From NCBI RefSeq assembly GCF_000143415.4, contig NW_003314372.1, forward strand, positions 402,053-466,052: a stretch of 64,000 bases of DNA, written 5' to 3'. Position numbers and translations under genes: made by a program. The notes below the pieces were generated by a model. That model did not search any database. It had not been told where the DNA came from and saw nothing but the letters and a program-made list of their open reading frames with translations. Each line of letters starts with the position of its first letter. Position 1 is the stretch's first letter. This DNA is from Selaginella moellendorffii. Its lineage: Eukaryota > Plantae > Lycopodiophyta. Shown here in pieces: positions 62,201-64,000 of this stretch.

Positions 62201-63423
62201 TATGTATCTTTTCATACAGAAGGAGTTGAACACTAGGCAAGCTCGTTGGATGGTCAAACTCATGGAGTTTGGGGAGATTCCTATTGAGTATTGTCCAGGA
62301 AAATTGAATGTGGTGGCAGATGCTTTATCTCGTATTTGTCATATACCGGCATTATAAACATGATTTTGTCATCATTTGTGTAAAGTGGTCAGTGAGTTTG
62401 GGTAGGTGGTTGAGTAGGCTCAAACTCAAGATGCTAAGGTGGCCTCTTTGCGAGAACAAATAGAAGCACCTTTCTCATTGATGGATGGGATTCTTTACTA
62501 CAATGGCCGTGTCTACTTGCCATGAGTGGATAAGTTAATTACTCAAGTTTTATTCCACTATCATGATCATCTAGAGGTCTGTCATTTTGGGGGAAAGAAG
62601 ACATATGAGTTGATTAAGCACAATATTTATTGGAGGAATATGAAGGCTAATATCCTTGAGTATTGTAAATCATATGAGCTCTACTGGTGAGTAAAGGTGC
62701 CATGGGAGAAGCTGTAGGGACTTTTGCAACCTTTACCTATTCCTCAGAGCCTTTATTTGCCATGCACACAGAGGCAAAAGTAGCAAGTATGGGTCATAGT
62801 GGATTGGTTGACGAAATATGTGTAGTTGTTGGCTCTTTGGAAGACTGTCACTGCCCCAGACTTGGTTGTGGTCTACTTGAAGAAGGTTTTTTCTGATTTT
62901 GGTTTGCTAGAGGACAAGATTCAAAGTTCATAAGTGGATTTTAAAAGAGCTTTGCAAAGGCCATGCAAGTGACTTTCAAACTCTCGAGTGGAGATCATCC
63001 TTAGATAGATGGGCAAACCAAACATGTGAATCAGGTGGTGAAGGATATGTTACGTTATAGTGTTGGTCAAAGGCAAGGGCAGTGGGATCTATATCTTTTG
63101 TTGGTGCAATTTACTTACAACAATAGCCAATATAGTGGAACCAAGCTAAATCCTTACTTTGCCATGTTTAAAAGGCATCCCCAAATAGTGGTGGAGTTGA
63201 GATTGCATTTGAGTAAGGATGTTCAAGGTAAACTTGATTCCGAGGTGACTGCTCTAGCCACAGAACTTGATAAGATTCTAGTGGTGTGCAAACTAAATTT
63301 GCAGACAGCTTATGATAGAGCAGAGAAGTTTGCTAATAAGCATCGCCAATTTTGGGAATATAAGTTGGGGATCTTGTCCTTGTGTAAATGATCTTTTGTC
63401 AATTGAGCAGTAGAAAACCTTGG
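59230..63423 (+). mobile_element. Decayed Ty3/Gypsy family D copy D2
   Basis: The LTR ends at 59468 and is followed by a degenerate PBS TGGTATTAAAG. There are gag, LLDSGS protease, CIDYYALNK RT, RNase H and integrase (DGQT..VNQ) remnants with many stops. The start is approximate. Confidence 0.88.
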
Positions 63424-64000
63424 TGTAAGTGATTAATTTTTCCATTCTACTTTAATCACTTAACCACACTTCAGACCACTTGGAGGGGTCTCATTCACAA
63501 CTTCCATAAGTCCAATTCAAGACCTAGGGTTTGCTAGCCCCGAAAATGGCATCCATGCCACTCAACCTTTGCACTTGGTCCAAGTGCTCCATATGTCCAA
63601 TCTCATGATCGACACCACCAACATATCAGCCTATTATGCTAAGGCCATGCCCATTCACCTTTGCCGCATTGGTGGTCTAACACCACCTACATCACAGTCC
63701 TGTCTCTCCAAGATTGGGCCAACCGTCCATGAGTGGTCATCCCAGATCCACTCCTTAGCATCCCTAGGATGCTTACAGACATAGGGAATAAATAGCCTTC
63801 CCCAATATCCCTTTTTTGGTCCCCACCAAGTCTTTTTTTGTCCATGGCCGTGTTTGCCAACACTACCACTGGATCAAGGCCCACAGGCCTAACCACTAAG
63901 TTCCACTATCCTCTAAGACTTCCTCATCATGTGACTGTATCCTTAGTCACTACACTAGAGGATTGCTCCTCTTTTTTTCCATAGTCTGGGACTTTGGGAC
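63424..64000 (-). mobile_element. Family A LTR (3' end), cut by the window edge, inserted in D2
   Basis: TGTAAGTGATTAATTTTTCCATTCTAC is the reverse complement of the A LTR end. Confidence 0.9.

Overview
Eukaryotic land-plant nuclear DNA. The very short 43-75 nt introns and tightly packed genes suggest a compact genome such as a lycophyte like Selaginella; this is an inference. About 48 kb is a nested heap of transposable elements. It contains an autonomous Ty3/Gypsy chromovirus (family B), whose integrase is split by a conserved 52-nt GT-AG intron just before the GPY/F motif and chromodomain. It also contains many copies of a non-coding LARD-like LTR element (family A), whose ~4 kb interior is a near-continuous string of short hairpins and which shares cis-signals and a covarying twin-T-loop RNA module with B. 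A decayed third Gypsy family (D) and a 194-bp solo LTR are also present. Hidden under an A insertion is a ~2.5 kb TIR/TSD-bounded DNA-transposon-like element. Its only cargo is an intron-containing, now pseudogenised, prokaryote-type beta-class N6A/N4C DNA methyltransferase gene. The 49-57 kb region is a gene island with two paralogous LRR receptor-like pseudokinases, a divergently oriented hypothetical gene and a LINE remnant. Several N gaps limit the interpretation of 1.9-15.4 kb.
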